A program made the position numbers and the translations under genes. From Marsupella aquatica (taxonomy: Eukaryota > Plantae > Marchantiophyta), in assembly GCA_973895155.1 (NCBI GenBank), contig OZ316891.1:8495875-8559874 (forward strand): DNA of 64,000 nt, written 5' to 3'. The notes under the pieces were generated by a model. It made no database searches, had not been told where the DNA came from, and saw only the letters and a list, made by a program, of their open reading frames with translations. Positions 61,996-64,000 of the stretch are shown one piece after another. Every line of letters starts with the position of its first letter. Positions within the stretch are counted from its first letter, which is position 1.

Positions 61996-64000
61996 GGGAG
62001 AGCCAGCTGATTGTCGGTCCTCTGGCTGGCAAAGCATCAGGCCAGAGGAGCTGCTTCGATTCTCTCCTCCAACTTAGAACTAAAGTAAAGGAAATGTGTG
62101 GGGTCTGTGTGGTCCAGGGCGCGAGTCTTCCTCAGTAGTACTCCAAACTTGCAGACAAAAGTGAATCAGGGGCGGGCGGTGTGGTCCTACGTACTGCCCC
62201 TCTAAAGACCGATCTCTTCCACTTTCCATCACTTCACCGTACTAGTAAGTTGACAGGAAAGGATGAGATCGATGCAATTTGGTACCAGCTAGGCCCGGGG
62301 ATGATTCCTCATAAGACTTCTTCCATGTCTCCACCAAGCCAGCCAGGTCCTAGGTAGATGGGTACCACGCCACCCAGCTACTGTGGGACTGCTGCATCTG
62401 AGCTACCCGAACTAACTTAATGCAAGGACAACAGCTTCTCTCGAATCGGGCACAGATGAGTCTGAAGTGTAAGTTCTTTGATATTGTTAATTGCATAGAA
62501 ATTGCAGATTTTGTCTGAGGGCTAACATTTCCACGTTCTTATTGAAACCTGTTGCTACCCACATTGTGAAATTTTTCGATTGGAAAGATTTGGAATATTT
62601 GTTTATAAACTTCATTAAACATTTTTCAGTTTTAATTGTTTTTAATGTCAGTCTTTAAAGGGGGAATCCCCTTAGAGCAAGCTGACATACACCATTTTTC
62701 TGTTCCTGAGAATTAGAAGCTTGATTGAGCGGACTCTAATTTCAGACACTCCTTTGGGTCTCTCTCCCCTTAAGAGAAATAAATTTTGCATCACTTTGTT
62801 GTACTGCAGTACCCCAACAAGGGTTGCTGAGTACATCCCGCCGCTGTACTTTACGAGTAGTCAATACGGTCCAGAATTCTCGTTCAGGAGTTTCCTTCCC
62901 GCAATCTACTCTGATTGATTGGATTGGTTGGATAGACTCCCGACATTTTCGTCAGCAGGATAGAACTTCTTGGAAAAGTAACTCTGGAAATCATCACAAT
63001 TTCTACAATTTCCAAGAACTCCAGAATGAAGATCATAGCATTTAGGGAAAGATTCTATGCATGGGAGGCAATCAAGGAACGGAGAGAGGCACAGAAGAGC
63101 TCGTTTATATTGGGTTCTTGTAATTGCTATAGTCACGGGTCGTTTGGAGGTGTGGGGGGATTTCATCTCCTCTCCTCTCCTCTTCGAGCTCTCTCGGCAT
63201 TTCGTTCTTCTGAATTGCCTCCTCTTTTGCTCCTGCAACCTCTGATGCTGCTCTTCGTTTGACGGGTAGACTCTCCATTTGGTGAATTGGAGGCTGTGCC
63301 CGGAACTTACATGCAAAAGGTCCAAGTTTTGCCTTCTCTGGCCTCCTTGCCGTGCTGCAACGTTCATGCTTGATTTGTTTCCTTGCAAGTGATTTCGATC
63401 CAGACCGTGTTTAAGTATACAGTAGTATCATTTTGAGCGAAAATCAAAGGAGTGCCTCATATATGCCGTAGCAGAAGATTTCGGTGAAGAGGCAGCCCAA
63501 TTGCAGAGGAAATACTCATTCCTGAGGCCACTCCTTGCATCGATGCTGCGCTTGTTTCCTCGATGGGAATTGTCTGCTGTACATTGGATCCTTCTTGGGT
63601 GAATCTCTTTCAAATAAATTCAAAACTCTAGTGTGACCGTCACTTCTGTGGCATCCCCTGTGGCAAGATTCGTTCGTCTTCTTTTCCTGTAATCTATCTG
63701 CACACTGGGAGAGTTCATTGCAGTAACAAAGCTGCTGACTAGTGTCAACTCCCTCGATTGCTGTACCAATCCTTTGGATCGGGATCAATGTTATCACTGG
63801 GAGATGAATCCATGGAGAGTTGTGAGTTGTGAATTGTCTGTCTGAGTTGCGAACAACTCTCTAAACAGTGGGGCTCCTTTGTTTCGTGGTTTTTGTATAC
63901 GAGTAGTTCACGTTGAGCCGGGCAGTGGCCGGCAATACTGTGTTAAGCTTTTAACAACGTGCAACCCCACGCGAATTTGTAACTATGATTGAGTTGATGC

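Noticed and set aside
62000-64000. Gene at the window end (ORF 62906..63388 and others)
   Set aside because: No recognisable domain, multiple stops, and truncated by the window edge.

Overview
Repeat-rich eukaryotic window, most consistent with a non-seed land plant such as a liverwort. This host call is inferred from a plant-type GDPD, a flagellar DRC5/TCTE1 gene, a Bianca-type Copia element and a Replitron-like HUH transposase. Host genes: two paralogous 10-exon glycerophosphodiester phosphodiesterase genes on the minus strand (8450-11221, apparently frameshifted; 27569-30312, apparently intact) flanking an 8-exon DRC5/TCTE1 LRR gene (16193-20813), and a two-exon GH2 beta-mannosidase that looks microbial/fungal (44221-47204). 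Mobile DNA: a Copia gag relic split by a 2.6-kb solo-LTR-like insertion; Tourist-like MITEs; non-autonomous Helitron ends; a full-length degenerate Bianca-like Copia (49226-55673, TG...TA LTRs, ATGAA TSD) carrying a nested 8-bp-TSD element; and a Harbinger-type Myb-like relic. The most unusual region is about 31.3-37.3 kb. It has a Y1 HUH (Replitron-like) Rep split by a single in-frame stop, an overlapping upstream ORF, an array of ~24-bp TGTTAGTA/TACTAACA repeats, larger repeats and tRNA-like motifs. All calls come from reading the sequence by eye; no database searches were run.
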